NCBI GenBank assembly: GCA_041690295.1
Contig: JAWLHR010000007.1
Coordinates: 60,019-124,018 of the forward strand
Source of the DNA: Bdellovibrionales bacterium
Lineage (GTDB): Bacteria > Bdellovibrionota > Bdellovibrionia > Bdellovibrionales > UBA1609
DNA: 64,000 nucleotides
Direction of reading: 5' to 3'
The notes beneath the pieces are model-generated. The model was not told the DNA's origin. It was given only the letters and a program-made list of their open reading frames with translations, and did not search any database. This document shows positions 49,519 to 59,288 of this stretch, piece after piece. A program made the translations under genes and the position numbers. Within the stretch, counting starts at the first letter, position 1; each line of letters opens with the position of its first letter.

Positions 49519-50408
49519 TGCGGGAATTTTCCACTCGGACTTTTGGTAAATGGATTTTAGCGGGCGAGCACGCGGTTCTCAGAGGATGTCCGGCCATGGC
49601 CTTCCCATTAACCAGCCGCTTTCTTCAACTCGATTACACACCCGGAACGGAATCATTGAAGGTTGAATTCCTCGGTGAGCATGGCGCGGACCTCAAGCTC
49701 TTGTTTTACGGCGTGCTTGATAATGCCCTGAGCCGCCTGAACGTCAAAGCGCCAGGCGGGCATTTTAAGGTGACCAGTACATTACCTGTAGGTACCGGAC
49801 TTGGCGCTTCAGCGGCGCTGTGTGGAGCGGTTTCACGGTGGTGTAGTGCGATGCAGTGGATAGACGAGAGTGAAGTCTATGAATTCGCGCGGCGTTTGGA
49901 GGATCTCTTTCATCTCGAAAGCTCGGGTGTGGATTTGGCCGTGTCGTTATCTGCCCGGGGAATTGTCTTCGTCCGCGACGGCGAACAACGGAGAATCGAG
50001 CCGAAATGGACGCCTAAACTCTATTTATCCTATTGCGGTCGGCGGGGAATGACGTCGGATTGTGTAGCGAAGGTGAAGCGAATCTTTGATGTGGACCCCG
50101 AAGGCGCGCGGAAGATTGACTCCTGGATGCTTCAGGCGGTCAGGCAGGCTGAGGAAGCGCTTGGGCAAGATGCGTCGACTGGTTTAAAGGGGCTTGAAAG
50201 TGCAATCCGCCAAGCGGCCCGGTGTTTTGAAGCTTGGGGGCTATGTAACGATGATTTGACCAACCATATTCGTCTACTTACTGGAGCAGGAGCTCTAGTG
50301 GCGAAGCCGACTGGCAGCGGTGGTGGCGGATTTGTATTGAGTTTATGGGAGGAGAGACCTCCCGTATCATTAGAGGCACATCTCATTCCCGCTTTTGCGG
50401 TTCAGTAA
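49515..50408 (+). CDS. mvk: Mevalonate kinase
   Basis: GKWILAGEHAV, PVGTGLGASAA, SSGVD, KPTGSGGGG. Confidence 0.85.
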   Translation: MMREFSTRTFGKWILAGEHAVLRGCPAMAFPLTSRFLQLDYTPGTESLKVEFLGEHGADLKLLFYGVLDNALSRLNVKAPGGHFKVTSTLPVGTGLGASAALCGAVSRWCSAMQWIDESEVYEFARRLEDLFHLESSGVDLAVSLSARGIVFVRDGEQRRIEPKWTPKLYLSYCGRRGMTSDCVAKVKRIFDVDPEGARKIDSWMLQAVRQAEEALGQDASTGLKGLESAIRQAARCFEAWGLCNDDLTNHIRLLTGAGALVAKPTGSGGGGFVLSLWEERPPVSLEAHLIPAFAVQ

Positions 50409-50461
50409 ACATTTGCTGTAAATTTGCGTTTTAGCGAGTGAACGTGGTAGTGACTAGCTAG

Positions 50462-51250
50462 ATGGTTCTGCAATACCAGGACTTCTTACTAGAAGAATTT
50501 CGCGTGCGCCGCAGCCGCAATCCCAACTACTCTCTGCGGGCGTTCGCGCGAGACCTCGGCATGCCGGCATCCAAGCTTTCACAGAATCTGCGCGGTCTTT
50601 GCGGGATTTCCGTCGCCAAAGCGGAAGTCATCGCTGATCGTTTGCAGCTTCGCGAAGACGATCGCCGGTTGTTTTTGACCTTGGTCGAATCGCAACATGC
50701 GCGCTCACGGGTGGCCCGCAAACAAGCCTCGGACATTCTTGAGGGCATGTGCCGTGATAAATTGGACCAACTGGATCTCGCGAAGTTCACGGTCATTCGC
50801 GACTGGTATCACATGGCTATTTTGGAAATGACCATGTTGCGTGATTTCCGTCCTGATTTTTCATGGATCGCATCACGTTTGGATCTGCCGGCGGAGATCG
50901 TCCGCGAAGCGGTGGCGCGACTCAAGGAATTAGGTTTATTAAGGATCGAGGATGATCGCTGGATTCAGTCCAGTGAAAATATGGAGCTTCCCAGCGGACC
51001 TTCCAGCCGGGCGGTTCGTGAACATCACAAACAGATTCTGACCAAGGCGCTGGTGGCGATCGATGAAGTGCCGGTAGACGCCCGTGAATCTTCTTCGCTG
51101 ACCTTCGCCGTCTCTCGTCGCCAACTTCCCCAAATCAAAGCCGCGATCCGCGACTTTCAACGCCAGATCGCCCGCCTTTCTCAATCCGAAGAAAAAGACG
51201 AAGTTTATGCGTTAACCATTCAATTGTTTCCGCTGCTCGAAGGAGGTTGA
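50462..51250 (+). CDS. TIGR02147/DUF4423-like HTH protein
   Basis: RNPNYSLRAFARDLG, WYHMAILE, WIA.RL, L..LGL, HKQIL.KA, EVY.L.IQLFP. Confidence 0.8.
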   Translation: MVLQYQDFLLEEFRVRRSRNPNYSLRAFARDLGMPASKLSQNLRGLCGISVAKAEVIADRLQLREDDRRLFLTLVESQHARSRVARKQASDILEGMCRDKLDQLDLAKFTVIRDWYHMAILEMTMLRDFRPDFSWIASRLDLPAEIVREAVARLKELGLLRIEDDRWIQSSENMELPSGPSSRAVREHHKQILTKALVAIDEVPVDARESSSLTFAVSRRQLPQIKAAIRDFQRQIARLSQSEEKDEVYALTIQLFPLLEGG

Positions 51251-51365
51251 AAGCGGAAAGGGGTCGTAACGGGTAGGGAGGATTAAGGAGATGGGGACGT
51301 CCAATCAATCATGGGGAAGGGTCACGGGCCCGAAAATGTCGGCGAAAATCATCGGTAACGGCTAG

Positions 51366-52481
51366 TTACTGAGTCTTTTGAATTTCCAAAGTGGCGTACA
51401 CTTCCGGTACACCGTAATTGGCATTTCCGCCTTGCGTGGAGCAGTACGCTTGGCCGCTCGCATCCTGGCAGCATTGGGCGGTCGCGCAGCGCCGGTTACC
51501 ACGATGCTGGAGTTCGAATTCGGTGGGGGCATCGACTTTGAAGGTGCCCACAACATAGGATTCGGTGGCTTGGCCGTCATGGGCGAAGGCAATGGTGCCG
51601 ATCAATACATCCTTGCCATCGGTGACATTGTACCATTTGGCCACATGATCACCGGCCGTATCTCCATGGACTCGGGCCCGCAGGTAGTAAGTTCCCGCGG
51701 GCAAGCGAATGCGAGACTGGGCGGATTTTTGAGTCGCCACGGTTCGCGGAGTGTGAATCAGTTGAGCACCTGAGATGGAGTTTTCGCGCACCGTATTCAA
51801 ATCGCGAGTATACCAAACGTTTGTGTTGATATCGCCGCCATTTTGTCCGCTCGGGTATTCCTGGGTGACCACTAAATGCTGACCGGCGGCGGTGGTGGCG
51901 ACGGTGGGCGCCAGACAATTGGTGATCGCGGCCTTGGTGGGATCTGTGACGTCGGCGTCGAAGAGGACGCCCGGCACGGTGAGAGCGCGGCGGGCGAGTT
52001 GGCTCTTGTTCGAAAAGGTCACTTGCAACTCGCCGATGTAACGGTTGGCGCTGAATTGCATAATATTGGCCAGTTGAACCTTGTCGATGATTAAACTGCT
52101 ATTGGGTAAAGGCTGGCCGGATTGAGCCAATACCGGCGAGGCCGGATCGCTGGTCGTGCGAATGAGCCCCAAGTCGATTGGCGTGGGAGACGGGGCCGAG
52201 GTGGTCACGCCGAGGGCGTTGAACTTCCGCGGGAGATCGGGAGTGTCTCTGAGTTGCGAGGTACAGTATTCGGGAAGCGAAATCATCTGAGTGAGCATCA
52301 CCTGCAAAGTCATGGCATCGAATTTTTGCGCCATGAGTTTTTGGTGTTGAGAGACATTCGAGAGTATGCTTGCGATGCTGAGTCCGACCACGCCAATCAC
52401 AGAGGCGGCGATGAGCGCACCGACCAAAGTGAAGCCCTTTGCATTCGTCGGCAAAAATCTGTTCCAAACCGATACGCGCAT
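51366..52481 (-). CDS. Orphan type IV pilin-like protein with a C-terminal phage tail-fibre-like beta domain
   Basis: KG|FTLVG prepilin site followed by a hydrophobic helix; C-terminal SGQNGG..WYTRDLNT..LPAGTY..YNVTD..FELQHR..EVYATLEI.K. Confidence 0.65.
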   Translation of the reverse strand: MRVSVWNRFLPTNAKGFTLVGALIAASVIGVVGLSIASILSNVSQHQKLMAQKFDAMTLQVMLTQMISLPEYCTSQLRDTPDLPRKFNALGVTTSAPSPTPIDLGLIRTTSDPASPVLAQSGQPLPNSSLIIDKVQLANIMQFSANRYIGELQVTFSNKSQLARRALTVPGVLFDADVTDPTKAAITNCLAPTVATTAAGQHLVVTQEYPSGQNGGDINTNVWYTRDLNTVRENSISGAQLIHTPRTVATQKSAQSRIRLPAGTYYLRARVHGDTAGDHVAKWYNVTDGKDVLIGTIAFAHDGQATESYVVGTFKVDAPTEFELQHRGNRRCATAQCCQDASGQAYCSTQGGNANYGVPEVYATLEIQKTQ

Positions 52482-52513
52482 TCGGGGTACTCCACGAGGT
52501 CAATCTGACTTAA

Positions 52514-52540
52514 ATTCGGCATTTCAAAAACGGCAGTTGA
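52514..52540 (-). promoter_or_regulatory. Putative FliA (sigma-28) promoter
   Basis: Minus strand TCAA-N16-GCCGAAT, 33 nt upstream of the pilin-like ATG, followed by a GGAG SD. Confidence 0.45.
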
Positions 52541-52547
52541 GTTGGTT

Positions 52548-53315
52548 TTATGATTTGGGTTGGTTATTTATCGGAAAAATTTGACGATATCGGAAAATCG
52601 CCACGGTACCCGCCGCGGTCGCGTTCAAACTGTCCACGCTTGGGTTCATGGGAATGCGAACTCGATTCACTTTGAGACGATCCGGCAGGCCCTGCCCCTC
52701 TTCGCCCAGGATGAGGTAAAGATCCCGCGGCAAGGACACTTGGTTGATGTCCATGCCTTCGAGGTCGAGGCCATAGGCCGTTTCAATGAAAAGATCGCTG
52801 ATGCTCGGTCCGTGAAAGAGCGGAAGTCGAAAGACGGACCCGCTGGACGCGCGAATGGCGCGCGGAAGCAAGGGTGAGCTGCATTCCTTGCACATGATCA
52901 CGCCCGAGGCCGCGAACGCTTCCGCCGTTCGGATCAAAGCGCCCAGATTGGTTGGATCTGACAGGGCCACGATCAAATTCAAGCCGCGAGGGGGAGAGGG
53001 TTTCCAGTTTTTCACCACCGGACAGCGGGCGACCGCCAAGGGAAAGTGGGTGCCGCTGACATCCAGCTCATTGAACAGGTCGGCGCTAAGCCGGGTGACG
53101 GGCGTTTTCGATCCGATCCGCAGCTTCTCAAGCGCTTCATAATTTTTCGCCGACACGATCCAATCCACCACCTCGAACTCTTTGGACCGCATCAGATCCG
53201 AGAGAATTTTTTCGCCGCTCACCAGGCAAAGTCCTTCTTTTTTGATTCCTTTGGCTGAAAGCAGGGTCCGCCAAAGTTTGAATTTCGGATTGCTCGAGCT
53301 GGTGATTTCCTTCAT
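52548..53315 (-). CDS. TrmH/SpoU family RNA methyltransferase
   Basis: ITSSSNP, DPTNLGALIRTA, RASSG, LGEEGQG, IPM..VDSLNA. Confidence 0.92.
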   Translation of the reverse strand: MKEITSSSNPKFKLWRTLLSAKGIKKEGLCLVSGEKILSDLMRSKEFEVVDWIVSAKNYEALEKLRIGSKTPVTRLSADLFNELDVSGTHFPLAVARCPVVKNWKPSPPRGLNLIVALSDPTNLGALIRTAEAFAASGVIMCKECSSPLLPRAIRASSGSVFRLPLFHGPSISDLFIETAYGLDLEGMDINQVSLPRDLYLILGEEGQGLPDRLKVNRVRIPMNPSVDSLNATAAGTVAIFRYRQIFPINNQPKS

Positions 53316-54025
53316 GGGAACTCCGGTGGCGGAGGATTGGCGGTTTTTCGGAAGATGATGAGTTTTCTCTGGTGCGGGGTATTGGGCAAAGTGTACTCGA
53401 TTTCATTTTCGAGAACGTAATATTGACCCCATTCTTTCAAGGCTCGCGGAATTTCATCACCCGTGTTAGGGCCTTTCATAAAGTACATGCGTCCGCCCGG
53501 CTGAAGGCATCGCGACACATTTCCCAACGTTTGCCCGATTTCCTCCACCGCGCGGGTGATGCCGCCTTGAACGGGAAGTTCAAAGGTTTCGTCGATCTTT
53601 CGCCCGATGATGTCCAGTTCTTTCAGGTTCATCTCCTCGCGAACCGCTTTTAAAAAGTCGACCCGGCGGCGAACGCCTTCGGCGAGGATGATTCGTTCAT
53701 CGGGAAAAACGATTTTCAAAGGAATTCCCGGAAACCCGGGGCCGGTGCCGACGTCTAATAACGGAAAATTCAACTGGCAGAGTCGGGGCACCATCAGCGA
53801 GTCGATGAAATGTTTAATGGCGATGTCACGGAATTTCACCAGGCGTGTGACATTGTCGCGCAATTGGTGGTTCATCAAGAGAAGGTAAAACTCCACCAAC
53901 CGCCGGCGTTGATCGTGGGGAAAATCCTCGAACCCATGATGCCGGAAAATGTCGTAAAGCCGGTTGTCGGCGTCCTGAAAATCAAGAATTTTTTCGGGCT
54001 TTTTATGGGTGTCCTTGCGCTTCAT
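53312..54025 (-). CDS. rsmG: 16S rRNA m7G527 methyltransferase
   Basis: [37 protein letters not shown] before ATG 54025. Confidence 0.9.
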   Translation of the reverse strand: MKRKDTHKKPEKILDFQDADNRLYDIFRHHGFEDFPHDQRRRLVEFYLLLMNHQLRDNVTRLVKFRDIAIKHFIDSLMVPRLCQLNFPLLDVGTGPGFPGIPLKIVFPDERIILAEGVRRRVDFLKAVREEMNLKELDIIGRKIDETFELPVQGGITRAVEEIGQTLGNVSRCLQPGGRMYFMKGPNTGDEIPRALKEWGQYYVLENEIEYTLPNTPHQRKLIIFRKTANPPPPEFP

Positions 54026-54043
54026 CAGGGCCTCTTGTACATT
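54015..54043 (+). promoter_or_regulatory. Putative sigma-70 promoter for pheS
   Basis: TTGCGC (54015-20), N17, TACATT (54038-43), 9 nt before the pheS ATG. Confidence 0.5.
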
Positions 54044-54052
54044 GTCCAATCC

Positions 54053-55090
54053 ATGGTTCCAAGCTCGTTAATCGAAAACCTGAATGAAAGATTGACCCAA
54101 GCCCTAAATCAGCTGCAGGGCGCGCGCAATGTCCAAGAGCTTTACGATGTGAAGGTGGCGTTCGCGGGCAAAAACGGCTTTCTGAGCGAAATGATGCGGG
54201 AAATGGGCAAGCTCCCCAAGGAGCAAAAGCCCGTCTTCGGCAAGGAAGTGAACCGGGTCAAAACCCAATTCGAGCAAAAATACGAGGCCCGCGAAGCCGA
54301 ACTTCGCCAACAGGAATTGGCGGAGAAGGTCCAGCGTGAGCGGATCGATGTGAGTTTGCCGGGCCCCAAAGTGATTTCGGGGAGCAAACATCCCATTTAC
54401 CTGGTCATGGACGAGGTCCTTTCGATTTTATCGCGATTGGGCTACGCGGTTCGGACCGGTCCGCAGATCGAAAAGGACTGGTACAACTTCGAAGCCTTGA
54501 ACATTCCGCCGGATCATCCGTCCCGTGACATGCAGGACACCTTCTACATTGACGATCATCACGTGCTTCGCACTCACACCTCGCCGGTCCAGATCCACGC
54601 TTTGCTGGCCGACAAACCACCGCTTCGCGTGGTGGCGCCGGGCGCGGTTTTTCGTTGTGACAGTGATATCTCGCACTCTCCGAACTTCCATCAGATCGAA
54701 GGTTTGCTGGTGGATCACAAAGTCTCGATGGCGGATCTTCGCGGCACCGTCAGTTATCTGGCGCGCGAGTTGTTCGGCAGCTCCGTGAAGGTCAGATTCC
54801 GGCCCAGTTTCTTTCCGTTCACCGAACCCTCGGCGGAATTCGATTGCACCTGTCCGGTTTGCGGCGGCAAGGGCTGCAGCATGTGCAAACAATCGGGATG
54901 GATCGAAATCGGTGGCAGCGGCTTGGTGAACCCGCGCGTGTTTGAAGCGGTCAAAATGGACCCCAAGGTTTGGCAGGGTTTCGCCTTTGGATTCGGTGTG
55001 GAGCGAATGGCGATCATCAAATACGGCATCGACGACATTCGCTTGTTTTATGAAAACGACGTGCGCTTTTTGAAACAGTTTGATTTATGA
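54053..55090 (+). CDS. pheS: Phenylalanine--tRNA ligase alpha subunit
   Basis: [55 protein letters not shown]. Confidence 0.98.
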   Translation: MVPSSLIENLNERLTQALNQLQGARNVQELYDVKVAFAGKNGFLSEMMREMGKLPKEQKPVFGKEVNRVKTQFEQKYEAREAELRQQELAEKVQRERIDVSLPGPKVISGSKHPIYLVMDEVLSILSRLGYAVRTGPQIEKDWYNFEALNIPPDHPSRDMQDTFYIDDHHVLRTHTSPVQIHALLADKPPLRVVAPGAVFRCDSDISHSPNFHQIEGLLVDHKVSMADLRGTVSYLARELFGSSVKVRFRPSFFPFTEPSAEFDCTCPVCGGKGCSMCKQSGWIEIGGSGLVNPRVFEAVKMDPKVWQGFAFGFGVERMAIIKYGIDDIRLFYENDVRFLKQFDL

Positions 55091-57525
55091 AGATTTCATT
55101 CAAGTGGCTTAATGATCATATCGATTTGTCCGATTACAAAAGCCGGCCCGGTGAGCTGGCTCAATTGTTAACCGCGTCCGGACTGGAAGTCGAAAACATT
55201 GAAGATCCGGGTGAGGCGTTCAAGCACGTCGTCGTCGGACAGATCATGAAACTGGAAAAGCATCCCAACGCGGATCGTCTGACCGTGTGTCAGGTGGACG
55301 CGGGAGAAGGATCCCTTCGTCAGATTGTTTGCGGCGCCAAAAACCACAAACAGGGTGATAAGGTGGTGGTGACTTTGCCCGGCGCGGTCTTGCCGGGAAA
55401 TTTCGCCATCAAAAAATCAAAAATTCGCGACGTTGAAAGTCTTGGGATGCTCGCATCCGAAAGTGAGCTTGGGCTTAAGAAAGAATCCGAAGGCATTATG
55501 ATTCTTCCGCCTGACGCTCCGGTGGGAGAACCCTTCGCGCGCTATTACGGTCTGGATGATGTGACCTTTGAAATCAATGTCACGCCCAATCGCGCCGACT
55601 GCCTGTCCCATTTGGGCGTGGCCCGTGAATTGGCCACGCTTTTGGACCGCCCGCTCAAAACCAAAAAGCCGGAAGTTAAAGTTTCATCGGGTTTGAGCAC
55701 CAAACAAACCATCGGCTTGGAAGTGAAAGACGAGAAGCTCTGCTCCCGTTATGCGGGCCGCCTGGTTCGCTCGGTCAAAGTGGGGCCGTCACCGGAGTGG
55801 TTGAAGCGCCGTTTGGAAACCGTGGGGCTCAACTCGATCAATAATGTTGTCGATGTGACGAACTTCATCATGGTGGATCGGGGGCAGCCGCTTCACGCCT
55901 TCGATTTGAAGACGCTCGCGGGTCCCAAGATCATCGTGGCCCCGGCCGAAGCGAACGAGAAATTCAAAACCTTGGATGGCACCGACATCGTCCTGAAAGG
56001 TGATGAGCTGACCATTCGGGATGCCGAAAAGGCGGTTTGTATCGCCGGTGTGATCGGCGGCGTGAACTCGGGCGTGACCGAGGCCACCACCGATCTTTTT
56101 ATCGAGTCCGCCCATTTCGCCATGGATAGTGTGCGGCGCACGTCACGTCGTCATGGTTTGCAGACGGATTCGGCCTATCGGTTTTCCCGCGGCACCGACG
56201 AAAGCGGAGTGGTGGACGCGCTCGAACATGCGGTGAGTTTGATTCAACAGGTGGCCGGAGGAGAAGTGGCCGCCGACTGGTGGGATCTTCGCGCACCGGT
56301 CGTGGAACGTGAACCGATCCGGGTTTCCACGGAATTCGTCGGTCAAAAACTGGGGCTTAAGGTTGATCCCGAGGATTTAAAAAAGTGGCTCCATCGCTTG
56401 AACTGCCAGGTTGAAGTCTTGGAAAAAGGTGTGTTTTCGGTGCGACCTCCGGCTTACCGCGTGGACTTGGAACAGGATGTGGATTTTGTCGAAGAATACG
56501 GCCGATTGAATGGTTATAATCACATCCCGGAAAACCTGCCCGTGGTCGGTGGTGAACCGTTGGCCCATGATAAACAATATTTATTTGAGCAGCGGATGGC
56601 GGAGTTGGCCCGGATCAGTGGTATGTTACAGTGCGTGAACTACGGGTTTCTGTCGGGCCAGTATCAGGAGGAGACTTTAGGTTCAGCCGAAGCTTATAAA
56701 GCCGCGGGATTGGATATGGATTCAAAACCCGTGCGGATCAAGAACGCGCTGAGTTCCGACTTGGACACAATGCGAGTGTCTCTGGTGCCCGGATTATTGA
56801 AGAATCTTTTGCACAATGTTCGCCATGGCAGTGAATTCGGACGATTTTTCGAGATTGGTCAAATTTTCGGCCATGGCGATGACGGCTATGAGCAGAAACC
56901 GCGAATGGGTGTTGTCGCCTGGGGATTGCGACGGGATCTTTGGACGCAGCCTAAGAGCCAATCACAAATCTTTTTTGATTTGAAAGGTCGCGTGCAATTG
57001 ATGCTCGACAAGCTTCTGATTCAGGCGGTGCAGTGGAAAGAGTGGGTCAATCCACCGTCGCTTTTGCATCCGGCCCAAGCCGCGATTTTGGTTTGCGAAG
57101 GGCGCCCCGTGGGATATGTGGCCACCATTCATCCTCAATGGAGCGTTGCGCAGAAAATTCGCGTCCCCGTTGCGGTGGGTGAATTGGATCTTGTTGCGCT
57201 CGGCCGCGGTCAGCCTCGAAGCGTTAAGTTCAAACCGGTGTCGAAGTTTCCGGCAGTGGAGCGAGACCTGGCGCTTGTCTTGCCGAAGGATATTCGCGCT
57301 CAAGATGTGGCCGTGGAAATCAAGAAAGCCGGCGGTGCCTTGCTTCAGTCCATCGAAGTTTTTGATGTGTTCGAAGGTGGAGAGATTCCTGAATCGCACC
57401 GTTCCGTGGCTTATCGAATGGTGTTTCAAGATTCGGCGGGCACTTTGACCGACGATCAAATGGCGAAGCTTCATCAACACATTGTTAGCAGCGTCAGTAA
57501 GAAGTTCCCCTTGAAGGTGCGCTGA
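55087..57525 (+). CDS. pheT: Phenylalanine--tRNA ligase beta subunit
   Basis: [50 protein letters not shown]. Confidence 0.98.
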   Translation: MKISFKWLNDHIDLSDYKSRPGELAQLLTASGLEVENIEDPGEAFKHVVVGQIMKLEKHPNADRLTVCQVDAGEGSLRQIVCGAKNHKQGDKVVVTLPGAVLPGNFAIKKSKIRDVESLGMLASESELGLKKESEGIMILPPDAPVGEPFARYYGLDDVTFEINVTPNRADCLSHLGVARELATLLDRPLKTKKPEVKVSSGLSTKQTIGLEVKDEKLCSRYAGRLVRSVKVGPSPEWLKRRLETVGLNSINNVVDVTNFIMVDRGQPLHAFDLKTLAGPKIIVAPAEANEKFKTLDGTDIVLKGDELTIRDAEKAVCIAGVIGGVNSGVTEATTDLFIESAHFAMDSVRRTSRRHGLQTDSAYRFSRGTDESGVVDALEHAVSLIQQVAGGEVAADWWDLRAPVVEREPIRVSTEFVGQKLGLKVDPEDLKKWLHRLNCQVEVLEKGVFSVRPPAYRVDLEQDVDFVEEYGRLNGYNHIPENLPVVGGEPLAHDKQYLFEQRMAELARISGMLQCVNYGFLSGQYQEETLGSAEAYKAAGLDMDSKPVRIKNALSSDLDTMRVSLVPGLLKNLLHNVRHGSEFGRFFEIGQIFGHGDDGYEQKPRMGVVAWGLRRDLWTQPKSQSQIFFDLKGRVQLMLDKLLIQAVQWKEWVNPPSLLHPAQAAILVCEGRPVGYVATIHPQWSVAQKIRVPVAVGELDLVALGRGQPRSVKFKPVSKFPAVERDLALVLPKDIRAQDVAVEIKKAGGALLQSIEVFDVFEGGEIPESHRSVAYRMVFQDSAGTLTDDQMAKLHQHIVSSVSKKFPLKVR

Positions 57526-57626
57526 GTCAACCGCGATCGATAAAAATAATTGAAAGTTTTCAAGGACTTGTTAGCCTTTAGGCAGAGCTGCGGGGATCCC
57601 GCAGGTGCATTAGCTAAGGGGAGAGC

Positions 57627-57965
57627 ATGCCGGGGCAAAATTCCAGCCGATCGACAATGACGAAAGCGGACATCATCGAGAAAGTTTACCAAAAAATCGG
57701 TTTCTCCAAAAAAGAGGCTTCCGAGCTGGTGGAAATGGTTTTCGATCAACTTAAAGAAGTCCTTTGTCGGGGTGACAAGGTCAAAATCTCCGGTTTTGGG
57801 AACTTTATCGTGCGTGGCAAAAAGGAGCGCATCGGACGCAATCCGCAAACGGGTGATCAGATTACCATCAGCGCCCGTCGGGTTTTAACTTTCCGGCCAA
57901 GTCAGGTGTTGAAGGCCTTGCTGAATGGCGAAGACCCGAGCCAGGTTAAAGAAGAAGAGGATTGA
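57627..57965 (+). CDS. ihfA: Integration host factor alpha subunit
   Basis: MTKADI, VKISGFGNF, RIGRNPQTG..I.ISARRVLTFRPSQ; follows pheT. Confidence 0.93.
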   Translation: MPGQNSSRSTMTKADIIEKVYQKIGFSKKEASELVEMVFDQLKEVLCRGDKVKISGFGNFIVRGKKERIGRNPQTGDQITISARRVLTFRPSQVLKALLNGEDPSQVKEEED

Positions 57966-58438
57966 AATTGATCGAAGAGGTCGAGCTGAATTCCGAAGTT
58001 GAAAAACGTTACGCGCCGCCGGCGATCAGTGTGCCAGCGGAAGTGCCGGTGGCGGTGGACAGCGAACTGGAAGCCGATCTGGCGCGAATTCCCGACAAGT
58101 TGGCGTTTAAGATCGGTGAGGTGGCCGCGATTCTCGGCGTGAAAACCTACGTGCTGCGCTATTGGGAGACGGAATTCGATATTCTTAAGCCCAAGAAGAG
58201 CAAACACAACCAACGGGTGTATGAGCGCCGTGACGTGGAGAATCTTCTCCTGATTAAAAAACTTCTTTATCGTGACCGATTTTCCATTGAGGGCGCCAGA
58301 GCGGCGCTCAAAAAATTGCGTAAGGACCACGTCCGGGTTAAGCAGATCAAGACGATGGCGGAGCATATTGAAGAAGCTAAAGACCGCGTCTTGGATCTGA
58401 TCGATGAAATCGCGGTTTTGCGCCAAATGGTAAAATAA
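57962..58438 (+). CDS. MerR-family HTH regulator (ihfA-linked)
   Basis: IPDKLAFKIGEVA..VLRYWETEF..LKP.K..QRVY..LLY..FSIEGAR. Confidence 0.92.
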   Translation: MKLIEEVELNSEVEKRYAPPAISVPAEVPVAVDSELEADLARIPDKLAFKIGEVAAILGVKTYVLRYWETEFDILKPKKSKHNQRVYERRDVENLLLIKKLLYRDRFSIEGARAALKKLRKDHVRVKQIKTMAEHIEEAKDRVLDLIDEIAVLRQMVK

Positions 58439-59260
58439 GTGAAAAAAATCGAAGCCTTTTATGACGAACCAACGGGGACACTGACGTACATCGTGTGGGA
58501 TTCCGACACTCGGGACGCCGTTGTTATTGACCCTGTGTTGGATTACGACCCCGTGACCCGTCAGACATCCCGGCGTTCCCTGGAGAAGCTCCTTCGTTTC
58601 ATTGAAGGAAAAAGGCTTCTGGTGCATTGGGCTTTAGATACGCACGCGCACGCCGATCACCTGACCGCTTCGAGAGAGTTATGTGCCGCGATCCCCGGTT
58701 GCCGATGGGCTTTGGGAGCGCGGACGAGTGAAGTTTTCGCCAATTTCAAACGCGCTTATTCCTGGCCGGAATCTTTGCGCCTCGAAAATCTGGGAGTTTC
58801 CCGGTGGCTGCGAGACCAAGAGGAAATCACGGCGGGCGTTCTTCGCATTCAGGCGTTGACCACGCCGGGTCACACACCCGCTTGTCTCAGCTATCGGATT
58901 GAAGATTGGTTATTCACGGGCGATGCCTTGATGATGCCCGATTCGGGAGTCGGGCGCTGTGATTTTCCCGGTGGCAGCGCCAGTGAACTTTACGACTCCG
59001 TTTGGGGGAAATTGTATTCGTTGCCGGACGAGTATCTGGTTTTCGTGGGGCATGATTACCGACCGAAGGGGCGGCCACTCATATACCGCGCGACTTTGGG
59101 CGAACAAAAACGCGGCAACATTCATCTGCGAAGTTCGACGTCCAAAGAGGAATTCGTCCGCTTTCGTGAGGGGCGTGATAAAACTTTATCAGCCCCGCGT
59201 TTGATTGACCCCAGTCTGGATTGGAATCTGGGCGCGCACAGGTTAGTGCCGTCGGCTTGA
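58439..59260 (+). CDS. Metallo-beta-lactamase-fold protein, persulfide dioxygenase (ETHE1/Blh)-like
   Basis: IDPVLDYD, THAHADH, TPGHTPAC, FTGD, GRCDFPGG, GHDY, RDKTLSAP. Confidence 0.85.
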   Translation: MKKIEAFYDEPTGTLTYIVWDSDTRDAVVIDPVLDYDPVTRQTSRRSLEKLLRFIEGKRLLVHWALDTHAHADHLTASRELCAAIPGCRWALGARTSEVFANFKRAYSWPESLRLENLGVSRWLRDQEEITAGVLRIQALTTPGHTPACLSYRIEDWLFTGDALMMPDSGVGRCDFPGGSASELYDSVWGKLYSLPDEYLVFVGHDYRPKGRPLIYRATLGEQKRGNIHLRSSTSKEEFVRFREGRDKTLSAPRLIDPSLDWNLGAHRLVPSA

Positions 59261-59288
59261 CGGCATATTTGTTGCTGTCGCTCACTTC

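Noticed and set aside
57531..57540. CCGCGATCGA occurring after both pheT and the 63571 stop, as a possible att-like direct repeat
   Set aside because: It is only 10 bp, there is no recombinase, and it would bracket the core gene ihfA, so it is compatible with chance.
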